A stretch of DNA of 64,000 nucleotides, taken from the NCBI GenBank assembly GCA_977862235.1, contig OZ374562.1, positions 1,302,001 through 1,366,000 of the forward strand. Reading direction: 5' to 3'. Position 1 is the first letter of the stretch; each line of letters starts with the position of its first letter. The stretch comes from Dudresnaya verticillata (lineage: Eukaryota). Positions 12,801 to 25,490 of the stretch are shown here, piece after piece. The notes below the pieces were generated by a model. That model ran no database searches and was not told the DNA's origin. It was given only the letters and a program-made list of their open reading frames with translations. The translations under genes were made by a program, and so were the position numbers.

Positions 12801-14963
12801 AACCGTGGACCTACCTGCACCGATTACGGTAACCGAAATCCTCGAAGAACAACGTATTGATTCGTTCTGCCAAACGGTGCAATCACGACAATCGAAAACG
12901 AAGGATAGTCTCTTTTACGAAGATGGGGACCGTCTCCTGCGACGAACGCACCCAACGATTCCGAAGCTAACGCAAATCGTATTGCCCGAGACGCTCCTAC
13001 CTCGCTTGCTCACGCTAGCGCATCATGCGTTACTCGCTGGCCACCCGGGGCAAAATCGTATATTCTACTCGCTTCGTGAAACATATTACTGGCCTTACAT
13101 GGCAGCCGATATCGCATCCACGGTTCGCAATTGCAAACATTGCGCAAGGAATTGAATCCGTCTCCGAAGGAATCTTCATGAAGCTTGAAGCTCTTCCCCG
13201 CTACGCGCCCACTCGAATCGGTCGCGATTGACATCTTAGGCCCGTTGCCACGAACGAAATCCGGACGCAAGTTCATCCTCGTGATTACGGATCGCTTTAC
13301 GAAGTTGACTCAGGTGGCCAACCGACGAGTAATAACCGCGTATCACGTGGCCGTTGCCTTTTGCGAAGTTTGGATATTCAAGTATGGACCGCCAGCCTCG
13401 GTGCTCTCGGATAACGGGAAACAGTTTACTTCGAAGTTATTTCAGGGCGTCTGTCGCTTACTGGGGTTATCGAACGTATTCACTTCCGCGTATCATCCGC
13501 AAACGAATGGACAAACCGAACGCTATAACCGCACTATCCTTGCGATGCTTCGTAACTTCTTGAACGACCACCAAAACGATTGGGACCGCTATGTCTCCGC
13601 GTTAACGTATTCGTACAATTGCCACGTTCATTGGTCTACGAAGACAACTCCGTTCAATCTCGTTTTGTCGCGACCGCCGCCCGCGTTCACCGTGAAACAT
13701 CGCTCCCGAAAGCATCAACCAAAACCCGCGGAGGACCTTCGCAACGATTTCGTTAAGCGACTCGATTTCTCCATCGATTCCGCACGCACTTCGTTACAGC
13801 GAGTTCAAAATCGTTATAAACGCGACTTCGATAAGCGCATCCGCCACACGAAGAGCTGCGTCAAACCCGGAGACTACGTGTATCTCGATACCCACGATGG
13901 GAAAACGAAACCTCCGAAGTTGAAATCTCCCGCGGAGGGGCCGTACAAAGTGCTCTTCAACGACACGCGTACACTCGTGATCGATCGCAAGGGTCTCGTT
14001 GAACGCGTCTCCGCGGACCGCTGCATCTACGAGGCACCACCTACGAACTCGCGACCGTCGATTACGCGACCCGAAGACATTGCGGAAAAGGTCATCGAAG
14101 GCCCCGAATACGTTGTCGATCGCATCCTCGATCACTCGACCGACGAAGCCGGAAAATTGGTGTTTCGTATCAAGTGGGACGGCTACGCGACGCCTACGTG
14201 GGAACCTCGTACGCACGTGCCCGAAGAACTCGTTTCGCGCTACTTCTCAAGGCTTCGAAGCCAAGCGGACCCGCGTGATACCGTGCTACTCGCCCACGAA
14301 TGGCTCTCCGACTGGGACCCCGAGTGGTTCCATGGCCCCGACTTCTTGATCCACACCCGCAGCCTGAATAACGCGTCCGCCCCCTCGAGTTGTGCGGCAC
14401 ACGAGGCTCACCACACCACCACACGAACGGCCCCGGCGCCCCACTACGTTCTTGCATCACGTGCTGATCGCGAAAGTGCTCATTTCGATTGCCCCAGAGC
14501 ATACGTTTGCCTGATACCGCTACGCGCCTCTCGTGCCCCAACTTCGTCATACTCGTCTCCGTATTTCGCGACGCGCCTTCGTCGCACGACAACTGCCCCG
14601 ATGCACACGGATGCCCCGGAGCAGAAGACCGCCACCCCGCAGATGCCGCTACCGCAGCTGCGCAATTCCGATGGCACGCCAACGCAGCCCTCGGCGGCAA
14701 CCCGCAGTCTTTCCCGCAACATTCACGAAGTCGACTTCGACACAGCACGCTCCGTAATCTCCGTCTTCGCTTCGCTCGACCCGCACCGGATTGCGTTCGT
14801 CGCGCCACACCTCGGCCGCGCGCCGCACGACACCGAGGTCCTCGGAGACGACAACCTACCGCATCAACGATACGCGATCACGAAGCCAATGCCCCCACGA
14901 AGTTGCGCTCCACGCCGTCGGGCGGTGTCGACCACCCCCGCCCCAACTCAGCGCCCCTCGTGA
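9823..14963 (+). pseudogene. pol of element B: protease, RT, RNase H, integrase, chromodomain (fragmented)
   Basis: AVDTCSG (protease); [39 protein letters not shown], VYLDD (RT); DAS...PVGYWS (RNase H); GHPG...CKHC, IDILGP, SDNG, HPQTNGQTER (integrase); YVVDRILDH...IKWDGY...TWEP (chromodomain, ending ~14260; the ORF tail beyond that may be read-through). Confidence 0.93.
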
Positions 14964-15786
14964 AATCCGCAAAGGCACACCGCGCGCACCCGGTTGCGCC
15001 GCGGCACTCGCATTACAGGAGCTGACACCGCGACGGACGGACACGGTGAACTATACGTAACTTGTCATACGGGCCTGACGTCATACTTCGAGGCCGATGC
15101 CACCCGCAACACGCACTTCGACTTCGCAACCCGCGCTTCACTTGCGACACGGAGCTCACATGTTACGACGCGCCTTCGCAACGACCACGGAGTCTCTCGC
15201 ATGGCCTCGGCGCCCCATTACGCATACGTTCCGCCCGCACCGATGCACCCCCGAAGCAGCTCTCCCGCAACAGCCCCGGAGCTCACGCGACATGCCCTGC
15301 GCGATCATCACAACACCCGCACAGCTCTCCGAGGAGCGCGTATCCGCAACCCCCCCAAGCACGTTGGCGTGGACGCCTTCGTCTTGAGGAGGGGGCCATG
15401 CACGCACATCTCACGAAGTCTCGATGACTCAACTCCGCGAAGGAAACACGCTTAATTTTATTCGTAATCAACGTCACACGCTTCACGTAGGCCACGGAGT
15501 CGAGAAACGCGAAGCCGCGCCACGAACAAGTTCCAGATGAACACACTTGAGCACGAAGCTCGTTTACGAGAAGCTACGAAGTTAAAGCTACGATGCTAAC
15601 AACTACGTGACTATCAATACGAGGCAAAAGAAGAGTCGAGAAAGAAAAACGTTTACTAGAGACGATACCACGAGACCGAGACCCCGCCACCGTGAGCTCC
15701 GAGAACAAGGAGCTCGATACCGAAAACGAGAAACCACGCAGCTACGAAACTAAAAGAGAAAGCCTCGGTGCTAACAATACGTACAA

Positions 15787-17829
15787 TTACGAGCGACCAT
15801 ACGGGTTCGCGGAGTCGTAAGGCGGATTATCACGAGGATCGTTTCCGTTTTCATCTCGAGTCACGCGAAGAAAGTTCGGCGCATACGGATCCGATTTCTG
15901 CGATTGCCCGCGGTGACCATCGTAACCGTCGCCACCGCTGGGTTCGACGCCCGAAGGGCCTCCGGAGCCAGACCCGTAACGCGGAGAATCGTAACTCGGG
16001 TAACCGTAATATTCGCGCCGACGCTTACCGCTCAACTCGAGGTCCCAAATACGATGACGAAGGTCCGCTATCTCCGCATCCAGATCACGAAGCTGCCTAC
16101 GAAGGCGACTCACCTCCGTAACCGCGCGAAGGAAACTTCCACCGAGATCGTCTAGCAGTTGTCCAAGAGTCGCATCGGGGGAGATGCCCGCTTCGCGACA
16201 CGCATCGCTCACGGAGTCGAGACTGCGAATATCCGTCGGACAGCGCATCTCGAGACTCGCGATCGGAGACCCCGAAGCGCTCGGCACCAACGCGACAGCC
16301 CCGGTGCCAAGAGTTGACCCCGGAGTCAGCGACGAAGAAGGGACTGGAACTATGGAACGAGGGACGCGCGGCAACGGACCAACCTCGCCTCCGATGGCAC
16401 GAACTGCGGCACTCGGATGCGAAAACGGAGCGACTCGCGCACCCCGCCCTCCTCGTGAGGGTCGGTTGTGACGTCAATCGAACCAGGCCCCGGAGCCCAC
16501 GTCGTGTCCGACCACTTGGGACCACTGTCCCGTCGGGAAATCGCGACGAGTCGACTGGAGCTCCCTCCGATCCGTGGCCTCGATGGAAATCGCGAGCACC
16601 CTCGAAAACGACGTCGTACGATCCGAGCCACGGAGCGGAAGATCGGGACAACCGCCATCCTCGGAGAATAGCTTCGACCAGCGCTCACGAACGAAGTTGA
16701 TCAACGAAGTATCGAGTACCCATACGTATTGGCGCTGCGTAACATCGGATATCAACGCGCGACCAAGTTCGAAGCGATACTCGGAGTCACGAAAACGCTC
16801 GAAGCACTTCCTTGCCCGCTCAGAATACGTATCTACGATGAGCCGGAAATATCGAATCACCCTCGGAGGTGGCACGACTAAGCCTGCGGGGGCCCGAGCA
16901 TTGAGGCTATCGAGCCAATACGAACTCGGAAACATGCTCAGAGGCACTCGGTCGTCGAAATGCGCACTCGTATCCACTCGATCTGGCATCGTGCCCACTC
17001 CGCGAAACAGAGCCCAGTCTCCGGGACCGATGTGAACACGAAGGATGCGTGGTACCGAATCTATGTGACGCCATACGTTCCCCGTAGCAGGCTCGAACTC
17101 AGGAAAGACGCGAAAACGAGCCAACGCGACAACCGGAGAATCCACGGAGATACCCGCACCTGGTGCCAGGAGCACACGCGCACACGCATCTACGTAAGCA
17201 ACCTCGTCGACCGTGGTCACGTAGGAAACGTCACACGGGAGACCCAACGGAGTCGGATACACGGGGCCACGGGGCCAGAATACGTGAAAGATCCCAGCTC
17301 CGTTGTCATCGCGACCCTCGCAAAGCGCACGGAAGCGAGCGAGATCCGGACGAACACGGCCATCGTAGGCAGCGACCTCTTCGTGAGTAACTCCGGAAAT
17401 TGCGAACTCATCCCATGCGAAGTACAGCTGCGCAGACGGAAGCCTCGGAGCACTCTCATCCTTTGTCCCGAATTTCGGGGGACCTAACGAAGCACTCGGT
17501 TGCCAACCCCGATTCACGAATTGCGGATTCGAACCGCTCGAACTTACGTACGGAATACCGAGGTCCGCCGCACACGAAGGCCCCGAAGCCCAGATGTCCA
17601 CCACGTGCGGAATCGCAAGAGTCCGTGGCACGTATTCACCGGAGTCCACCGCGAGATCAGCGACATCCGATGAAGGACCCGAAGCCTTCGGAGGCACCGC
17701 AACATCCCGCGTCGGCACCAAGGCCTCCCGTTCCGCGGCAGCAGCGAGTTCGCCCTCGAGGCGACGGCAAGTCGCATCGACGCGCTCTTCGTGGGACTCG
17801 GTTCCCTTCTCGGGACCCTTGTCGATCAT
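15787..17829 (-). pseudogene. Antisense extra ORF of element B (451-aa ORF plus frameshifted C-terminal pieces), unknown function
   Basis: ORFs 16474-17829, 16350-16688, 15787-16374 on the strand opposite gag-pol, between pol and the 3' LTR; motif similarity to the antisense ORF of E. Confidence 0.65.
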
Positions 17830-18443
17830 CGCAGGATACGTGACACGAAGTCAAACGGAACGCAGCCCACGGAGGACGCGCAACACTTGCCCCAACACCG
17901 AGACCCACGACCCGCAGCCGACCACCGCAAACCACCGAGGCCAACGAAGCATCAACACGAACGCCACGGAGCGGAGCGAACGATAAGAGAAGAGACGCGA
18001 ACGGGCGCAGCAGCGCACACGAAGGAGCAAACGGACCGCGAAGAACGAAAGCCAAGGAGCGGAAGCGAGTTGTGTGTGTGCGCGATGACCGGAGAAGCAA
18101 GGGGCTCGGACCCAGCGAAACACGAAGTTGAAATAACCCACGCGACTCGCGCTCCATCTCCGTGATCCGCGCGCGCACGCGTCGACAGACGGCGCCGAAG
18201 CCCTAAACCGTCTACGTACGCGAAATAATCTTCATGATTAGCCAATATGAAGGCGCCATCGCACACGTGATCCGAATTCAAATTCGTAAGCCCCGAGGCA
18301 CCGCTGCGCGACGCCGTGAGCTCGAAGCAATCTCCGCGCCGCCACTCGGATGGCTCCATCCGCGCTCCACTGAGGGAAACCGGGCCACGCCAACTCATGA
18401 TTCGTAACCCGCGACCGGGACGTTCGCTCTTGAGGGGGGGCCG

Positions 18444-18483
18444 TGTGGTATAGACGCTATCCGCGAATCGACTCCGTGGTCTA
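18444..18483 (+). repeat. 3' LTR of B, piece 1 (after PPT)
   Basis: TGTGGTATAGACGCTATCC...GGTCTA matches 6471-6510. Confidence 0.92.
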
Positions 18484-19147
18484 TGTGGTGCAAACATCTG
18501 TGACGGTAGACCGCCGAGCAGTTCGGGGCTCGGTGGGTAGCTGCGCCCTTGGTGGTGTGTAGCCTCGCCTTGGGCGACTTGTGGTAGAGCAAAGGACACG
18601 CCTTGGGCGGACTGTAATCTCCCGAGGCGGAAAGGAAGGGAAAAGGGAACAGAAAGGAAGCACTTCAGGGACGGTGGTAGATGTTGAAGCACGGGAGGTA
18701 GACGCTTGAGCCGTAGGCAGCGGTAGGATACGCGCGTGCGGAACGGGGAAGTCTGGACCAAGGCCGGCTTGCCCGGGCGTTTACTGTTACGTCTGGGACG
18801 GCTTATCTAAGTATAGTACGGCAGTGCGGCGGCGGCGGTGCGTGTGCGTAGCGCGGGAACTCGGGACACGTGTCGTCCCGAGGTGCGTCTGACAGATCAC
18901 CCATCGCATGCAGCCGCGCGTCTGACAGGTTGCCGTACAACCCCCTGTGTGGGTGCTTACACGCACACGTGGACGCGTGTGCCTTACAGCCGTGCGCGCG
19001 CGCGTACTGTAGAGCGTGCACCTTGGATCTAATCCGATACTTGTCCGATCCCGATCCCATCCGGATCAGGCCAGCAATGCGAACACCCGCAGCCTTACAG
19101 GCGCGTATCTTACAGCTCAGGCGATCCAGATAGCCAATCTGGATACC
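18484..19147 (-). repeat. Truncated 3' LTR of element C
   Basis: Highly similar to 28169-~28834; similarity ends abruptly at GGATACC, where Copia RT sequence begins. Confidence 0.9.
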
Positions 19148-19947
19148 TAGGCTTGCTTGATGTCCATCGACCATATGTCGAAACCAAGAATAGTTGCCAA
19201 TGCAAATATAAGTCTTATAGAAGATTGTTTGAGGTTGTACGTATTGTGTACTACAGAGGATTTTTCTTTGTCTCTGTGTCCACCAAGAACAAGTTGGGCC
19301 TTGTAAACATCCGTTTCTCCTTCATTATGCTTAATTGCTAACACAAACTGAGATGGTATTACGTTAGGATTTTCGCCAGCCTCTTGCCTTAAAACAATTC
19401 TGAATGTACCACGTTCGATTAGACCTAGTATTTCTTTTCTTTTGGCATCACCAAAGGAATTTTCACGAGGGTCGCCATGGTGGATAGTCTCTGTGTATAA
19501 AATGGACGGTCCTGAAAGTGAGGTGTCATAAGATTCTGCCAATTGTTCATCAAAGGTCGGATGCCTTTCAACTGCAGCTGGCCGTATCTGTGCAATGTTG
19601 AAAGCACGAGGCCCAGTCCTTTCTCCAAGGTGACGTCTAACGCATTTATCCTCCACAGTTGCAATCAAATGGGAGCCCGTATAATGCTTTAAGCCTTCTC
19701 TGTAGACGTATGCAAAATCGCCGGGGTAATATTTGTGATCTGCTGCTGGCGGAGGAAGGGCCTTAATTCCCCGTTGAACTTGAGACTTAGAAACGATTTT
19801 CTCATATTCTTCTCTTGCTTTTTGGGCAGCACGTAATCTGCATCTTTGCCTGGGGAATTCTCTTGATGAAATCTTGGGAAGCTTAGGAAGTGTGCCAAAA
19901 ACCAATAAAGAAGGAACAAGACCATGTGGACCTACAGTTTCATTCAT
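19147..19947 (-). pseudogene. Copia integrase C-terminus and RT N-terminal fragment
   Basis: RVT_2-type motifs; cut off right after DIKQA. Confidence 0.85.
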
Positions 19948-22900
19948 TGCTTGAACTGATTATGTGTAGAGCTGGTCTAGACTTTTTCTTTTTGTCCTTA
20001 AGGAACATAATGTCAAGGATGACTTTCTGATTAAATCTGATCTCATCTGTCTGACGAATCTGAATCTGTAATCTGACGGGGAGCATAGAGGGTACGGGTT
20101 TCACAATTCTTCGAAATATCTAGAAGAGTCTTCATAGTATCAGATGACAATTTTTCTGGGTCCGTACGCCGAAGTAGTTCGTAAAGCCTTCGAGCAGAGG
20201 CATGCATCATATGCCTGTGTAATCGAACTAGTTGTGGCTTAGTATAGAAAGTTTGTAGAACCCTTGGTTGCCAACACAAGTGGAGGTGACCTTTTTTCCG
20301 TGTGAGTGCCTGCTTCCACCCCTCTTTGACACTTTCCAACTTATTTTCCACAGCTAAAGGCTGAATAGAGTGCGAATCCATTCCATCCAGACCTACTAAG
20401 AAAGGTACATCCTCAGGAACGACATCAACCTTCAGCTTAATCATACTGTCTGGAGTGGGTAGTAGAATAGTCAGCTTTCCGAGAAAGCGAGTAGGGTATG
20501 GTCCAAAAGAAAATGTGTTTCGGGACTGAGTCAGTTTGAACGGAAGTCCTAAACTGCGGCAGTATGCTTTTGCCTGTGATAATCCAATGAGAGATCTTGT
20601 GGCACCTATGTCCATACATGCGCCAGCGAAATCCGGAGGTCTCCCAGGTGCGTGACGTATGTTATGTTGCATTTTGTTCATGAGATAATGAATAGTAGTG
20701 GGAATATTGATGCGATACGTATGCGACCTCCACCTAGAGCCTGAATCACGATGACGACTTCCTCCAATAAATCTTGCTTTTCTCTTTTCAGTGATGCTCT
20801 CAGTCATCAGTGGTGGGGATGAGGGAGCCAGTACTGATACCTCCTTAACACTACTGGCTACTGAAAATCCTGATATCCGGATGATGCGCTATTTTCAAAG
20901 CGTAGATCATCATCTACTAGGGTAGCGAAAGTGTTGGTTATGCCCTCACGAATATCTGCTTCGCCATATTCAGAAGTAAGCAAGGTCTCAAAAGTATTAG
21001 AAGTTTCGTTCCCATCTGGACAGTTGCTGTCAGGACCCGCTGCATCGATACTCATTATTGCAGTCTTCACTATCTGCTAGTGCAAATAGGACTTCAGCAG
21101 CGGCCTTGTCTGTGTTTAACTTTTCTCTAATACGAGAGCGAATTATCTCTGTCATGGAAGGTCCCGATTCCGGACATTGATTCTTCCAGTGACCAACTTT
21201 CTTGCAGCGTAAAACTTTTGTGCGTGCTTTTAGTGCAAGCAGTTGCGCAGCAGTTCGTTTAGGTCTATTACGAAAACACCTTAGATCTTGAAAGTTACGT
21301 CGGTTTCTGGTAGGGGGATTTCCATACGTTTCACCATAGAATACTGCGTTGTCCTTTTCTTCATCATTCTGAGCCTTTCTGTTATCACGGAGAGTTAGTG
21401 CGGAAACCAGCATTCCGTAGAAATGATTGTAGTCCATGCTTCCTTCTAAGCCCTGAGATGTTAACCTAGCAGTAAAAACTTTTTCGGACCAATCTTCTCC
21501 GTCAACAATGTCGGCCATAAATGAGCTCATATGCATATCTTGGTGTTCTCCTTGGTAGGATGGACCGCACTGCGGGATGAACATAAGAATGCGCTCATGG
21601 GCCGTAGTTAAGGCGATCATGTCTGTGCATTGCATCTCAGATTTGATTCCGGAGAACTTCAGGTGTTTGAGATACGAAAGTGCTTGGGAGTGATGCTGCT
21701 TAGAACTAAAACGAGACTCAAGTAGTTTGAAAGCATCCGTAACATCAGTAGCAGTATTCCTGACCGAACTGTAAAAATACTCATTAGCAATACCTGAGAG
21801 ACAATTGTGCATCAGCTGTACCCTTTGCTGTTCGGGTATTTCTTGCTCGAATACTAATTCTTCGAACTTACGTCTAACCATGTGCAGTGGTTGCCCACGG
21901 CCCGATGAACCAGCGAATTCGCTCTCCAATGAGGAGAAACCATTAGCGACAGCTTGTCAATTCTTGGCTAGACTCTGAGAGGATCTCCTGACTTCCTTAG
22001 TATGAACAGAGCGCCCAAAAGGGGGCCTCGCATTGACAGCATCCGGAAGGTCACCACCATTTCTTTCGTTCCGTTCGTTTAAATTGTCTCCAGGTGCTTC
22101 ATTATGAGTGTTGGGGCGATACGTCAGTGTGAGCTGGCTCGGACGTAAAGGAACATTTGTAGAGTAAATGGTTCCATACTTCTTGTAATTTTGGATTAAG
22201 TCCATAGCTTCATGGAAGCAATCCGTCTGTGCGGGATACAGTGCCTTTGTAAGCTTATTAGGCATAGCAACACCTAGAGTGCGATCGACAGCAAAACCAG
22301 AAACATCTAGGACTTTTCGAAGTGCGTGGAAGACCTGCCTGCTGGCCATGGTGTCATTGTTGATAAGCTCATCAGGGGACAAGCGTTCACGTAGAAAATT
22401 GTGTACGCCGGAAACTGGAATATCCAAAGCATCTGTGATCTGCTTTGCAATGTACTGGATGCGAGTAGATGAACGTTCGAATTTATCTAGCTCTCGTTCC
22501 ACTTGTGCCCTTAACGTTGGGTTCATTCTCGGACCATCTTCTGCGGGATCGTCTGACATTCTTGAATAGCGCTTCACATGAACTTGCAAGTGTTGTGAAA
22601 CATAGGGGGGAGAAGCGTTTCTTCTCCTGTAGATGTAACTGATTAGAGCAGAGTCATGCCAGAGACGAACGTGCGCACAAGCGCGTGTGGAGTCCCACAG
22701 TTGACTGTTTACTGAGTAGTTATTGAGTGTGTATGTCCGAGTATGTGAATACTGCATCACGCTAGCCCTTAAATACTGCGGAGAACTAAAGGGATAGAAC
22801 TACGAACAGTATGTGGTGTAGGTTGCGGGATAATTGCAACTAAAACTCTCAGCCAGAGAACGACACGCCCGCTTTGTTCCAAGAACAATTGCCACGCCCT

Positions 22901-23000
22901 AGTCATCTATTGCGGACGTGGAAAAACTAAATTGTACGGTTGACGAATGACATCGAAATGCTATAAGGGTGGCTTAAGCACAAGCACAGTTCCGTTAACA
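19148..23000 (-). mobile_element. Ty1/Copia retrotransposon D, truncated, inserted in pol of C
   Basis: Order gag (knuckle-like RCKKVGHWKNQC), protease (MDIGATRSLIG), integrase N-terminus (LHRHMMHAS), integrase C-terminus (VGPHGLVPSLLVFG), RT (KRKEILGL...YKAQLVLGGHRD...DIKQA); integrase before RT indicates Copia; begins TGTTAAC at 23000 on the minus strand; LTR perhaps 22591-23000. Confidence 0.85.
20043..22558 (-). pseudogene. Copia gag-protease fragments of element D
   Basis: ORFs 21957-22558 (MSDDPAEDG...), 21030-21929, 20858-21070, 20043-20807, separated by frameshifts. Confidence 0.75.
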
Positions 23001-25490
23001 GAAAGGGCATCTGCCTGAGTATTCAGGTACCCCTTTTTGTACTTCACGACAAAGTCGAACTCGGAAAGGCGAAGGCGCCACCGCATTAACCGTCCAGAGG
23101 GGTCGCTGATTTCCATCAGCCACCTCAATGACGAATGGTCCGTATGGACTGTGAACGACTCTATCTAGGTAAGGTCGCAGCGTCATGACGGACCATAATA
23201 CTGCGAGGCACTCCTTTTCGGAGACCGAGTAGTTACGCTCTGGAGCGGTGAGCGAGCGGGACCAGAAGCCGAGTGGCTTACGCTCCCCGTCGGGCTGCGT
23301 TTGAAAGAGGGCGCAGCCGACCTGATACTCGCTTGCGTCACAATCGACGGAATAGGGGAGACCCTGCTGTGGTAGCGCCAGTATAGGCGGATGAGTCACG
23401 GCCTCGACGAGCGTACTGAACGCTTTGGCTTGTGTCTCATCAAACGGTTGTAACCGGAAGTCCTGTTCCTTCCTCAGCAACTTGTTGAGGGGGGCAGCGA
23501 CATGCGCGTATCGCGAGACGAACCGTCTCTAGACGTTACAATGACCGAGGAAACGCCGTAGCTCCTTCAGATACCGTGGATGCTTGGCTTCGCGTAGCGC
23601 GGCAGTGACAGTTCGGTCAATTTCTAACCGTCCTAGACGTATGACGTGTCCTAAGTAGTTGACGGTCGGGGTGAAGAAGTCACACTTGGTCAACTTCAGA
23701 GTCACCCCGGCGCGGTGCAATGCCGAAAAGATCTCGTCAACATGACGGAAGTGACTGTCGATGTCGCTGGAGAAGATTATTACGTCGTCGAGGTAGACGA
23801 GGCACGAACGCCACTTGTAACCAGCGAGCAGTATGTCCAACGTTCGTTGAAACGTAGCGGGTGCGTTCGTGAGACCGAATGGCGTACGCTTATAGCGGAA
23901 CAGTCCAGCGTGGCACGTGAACGCAGTCTTATCGCGGTCCCGCGGATTGATCGGCACCTGCCAGTACCCACTGTTACAGTCTAGGGTGGTGAAGACGTTT
24001 GCTTCTCCTAGACTGTCAATGCATTCATCGATACGCGGCAGCGGGTACGTATCCCGTAAGGTTACTGCGTTTAAACGACGGTAGTCTACGAAAAAGCGGA
24101 GGGTCCCGTCCTTCTTGGGGACGAAGGCCACTGGTGACGCCCACGGCGATTGTGCGGGTTCGATAACCCCTTGACGCAGCATGCGGTCCACTTCCGCTTG
24201 AGCGAGTTGTCTTTGCTTCGGCCCCGCTCGGTAGGGCGGGGACGATATTGGTCTAGAGCCGGGAAACAAGTCGATGTAGTGCTCCGTGGTTGAGATTTCT
24301 CCCAACGAACCGTCCCACATAGACGAATAATTGCGCAACATCTCCTTAAGCCGGCCTTGATGCTCGGCGGGGAGATGTCCCAGGTCCAAATCGTCTACTG
24401 ACGGAGGTTTGGCAGTGGTTGCCTCGATAGACGTCGTGAAAGTATCCGGCTGTGCCGCAGTGTTATCGTTCGTTTGAAAACGGAAATCTTGGTTTGCCTT
24501 CTCTTCCTCGGCCTGTTCCTCTGTGAGGCCCAAAACATCGGCTAGACTTACGTGACTGGGGAACACTGCTGTCGGATGTGGTAACGCCGTCGCGACGACT
24601 TGGCCCTTGGCCAGCGCCTGCGGGCGGGGAGAGAAGTTGGCAACCAGAATGCGAAACGCTTTTAGCGGCTCGAATTGAGCAATCCCATTCGTAACGGCCA
24701 GACCTTGTTTTGTCGTACAGCGTCCCGAACGGTTGAATTGTGATGATGCCGGCGCGCTCGGTAGTCACAGATACCCATTGCTGCGCCTTAGGCGGGATGA
24801 TCGCGCGCTCGGCGACTCGGATCTTGGGCAACGTCCTACTTTCGGCCTTGCCGTATTCCTGTTCCGTTGGTAACGGAGGATACGACGGGGGTCGGCGCAG
24901 CGGGCGGCGCGCTATAGGGACACGAGTCCCGTCATCCAATTCAACCTCGCAACTTCGCGGATATATTGCTTCGACGAAGCGGTCGCAAAAGTCGCAGCCG
25001 AGTATAACCGGCGCAGCGAGTCTTTCGCAAACGATCAGTTCCAAATTGACGACTCTCCGTCCTAGACGAACGACCAGGTCTATGGTTCATCTTGTCTGTA
25101 TCGCCTTATTGTTGGCGTCGGCTATGACAGGGAGGCTCTTTGCCACGATGCGCGATCGCGCTTCCAGCGGAATGTCGTCAATGCGAATGAAATTCGGACC
25201 AGCCCCCGTGTCGAGGACAGTGAGTTATGTGCCAAGGTACTAACGGTTGCGACCAAATCGGCGTACACCTTATAGTTCCTCTTGGCCATCACGAACAACT
25301 GCCCTTGCGCCCGGGGGGGCTGGTACCTTCGCCATGGGCGTTTTAATGACGTCTGTGACAACTCTATCCGCCCTTTAGCGTCATCGGTAACTAACTTCGG
25401 GCCCTCCTTCCGTGTCAGCACCCGAAGCCTAGGCCTCTCTTCGCGGTGCGACACCCCAGTGTCAGAATTTGGTGCCCGAGTTAGTTTTTC
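23001..25490 (-). pseudogene. pol of element C (protease, RT, RNase H), fragmented; integrase lost
   Basis: VLDTGAGP region ~25200; [37 protein letters not shown]...GFWSRSL...EKECLA. Confidence 0.92.

Noticed and set aside
14270..15455. Long ORF tail after B's chromodomain and overlapping ORFs
   Set aside because: Low-complexity GC-rich sequence, probably read-through into 3' non-coding DNA
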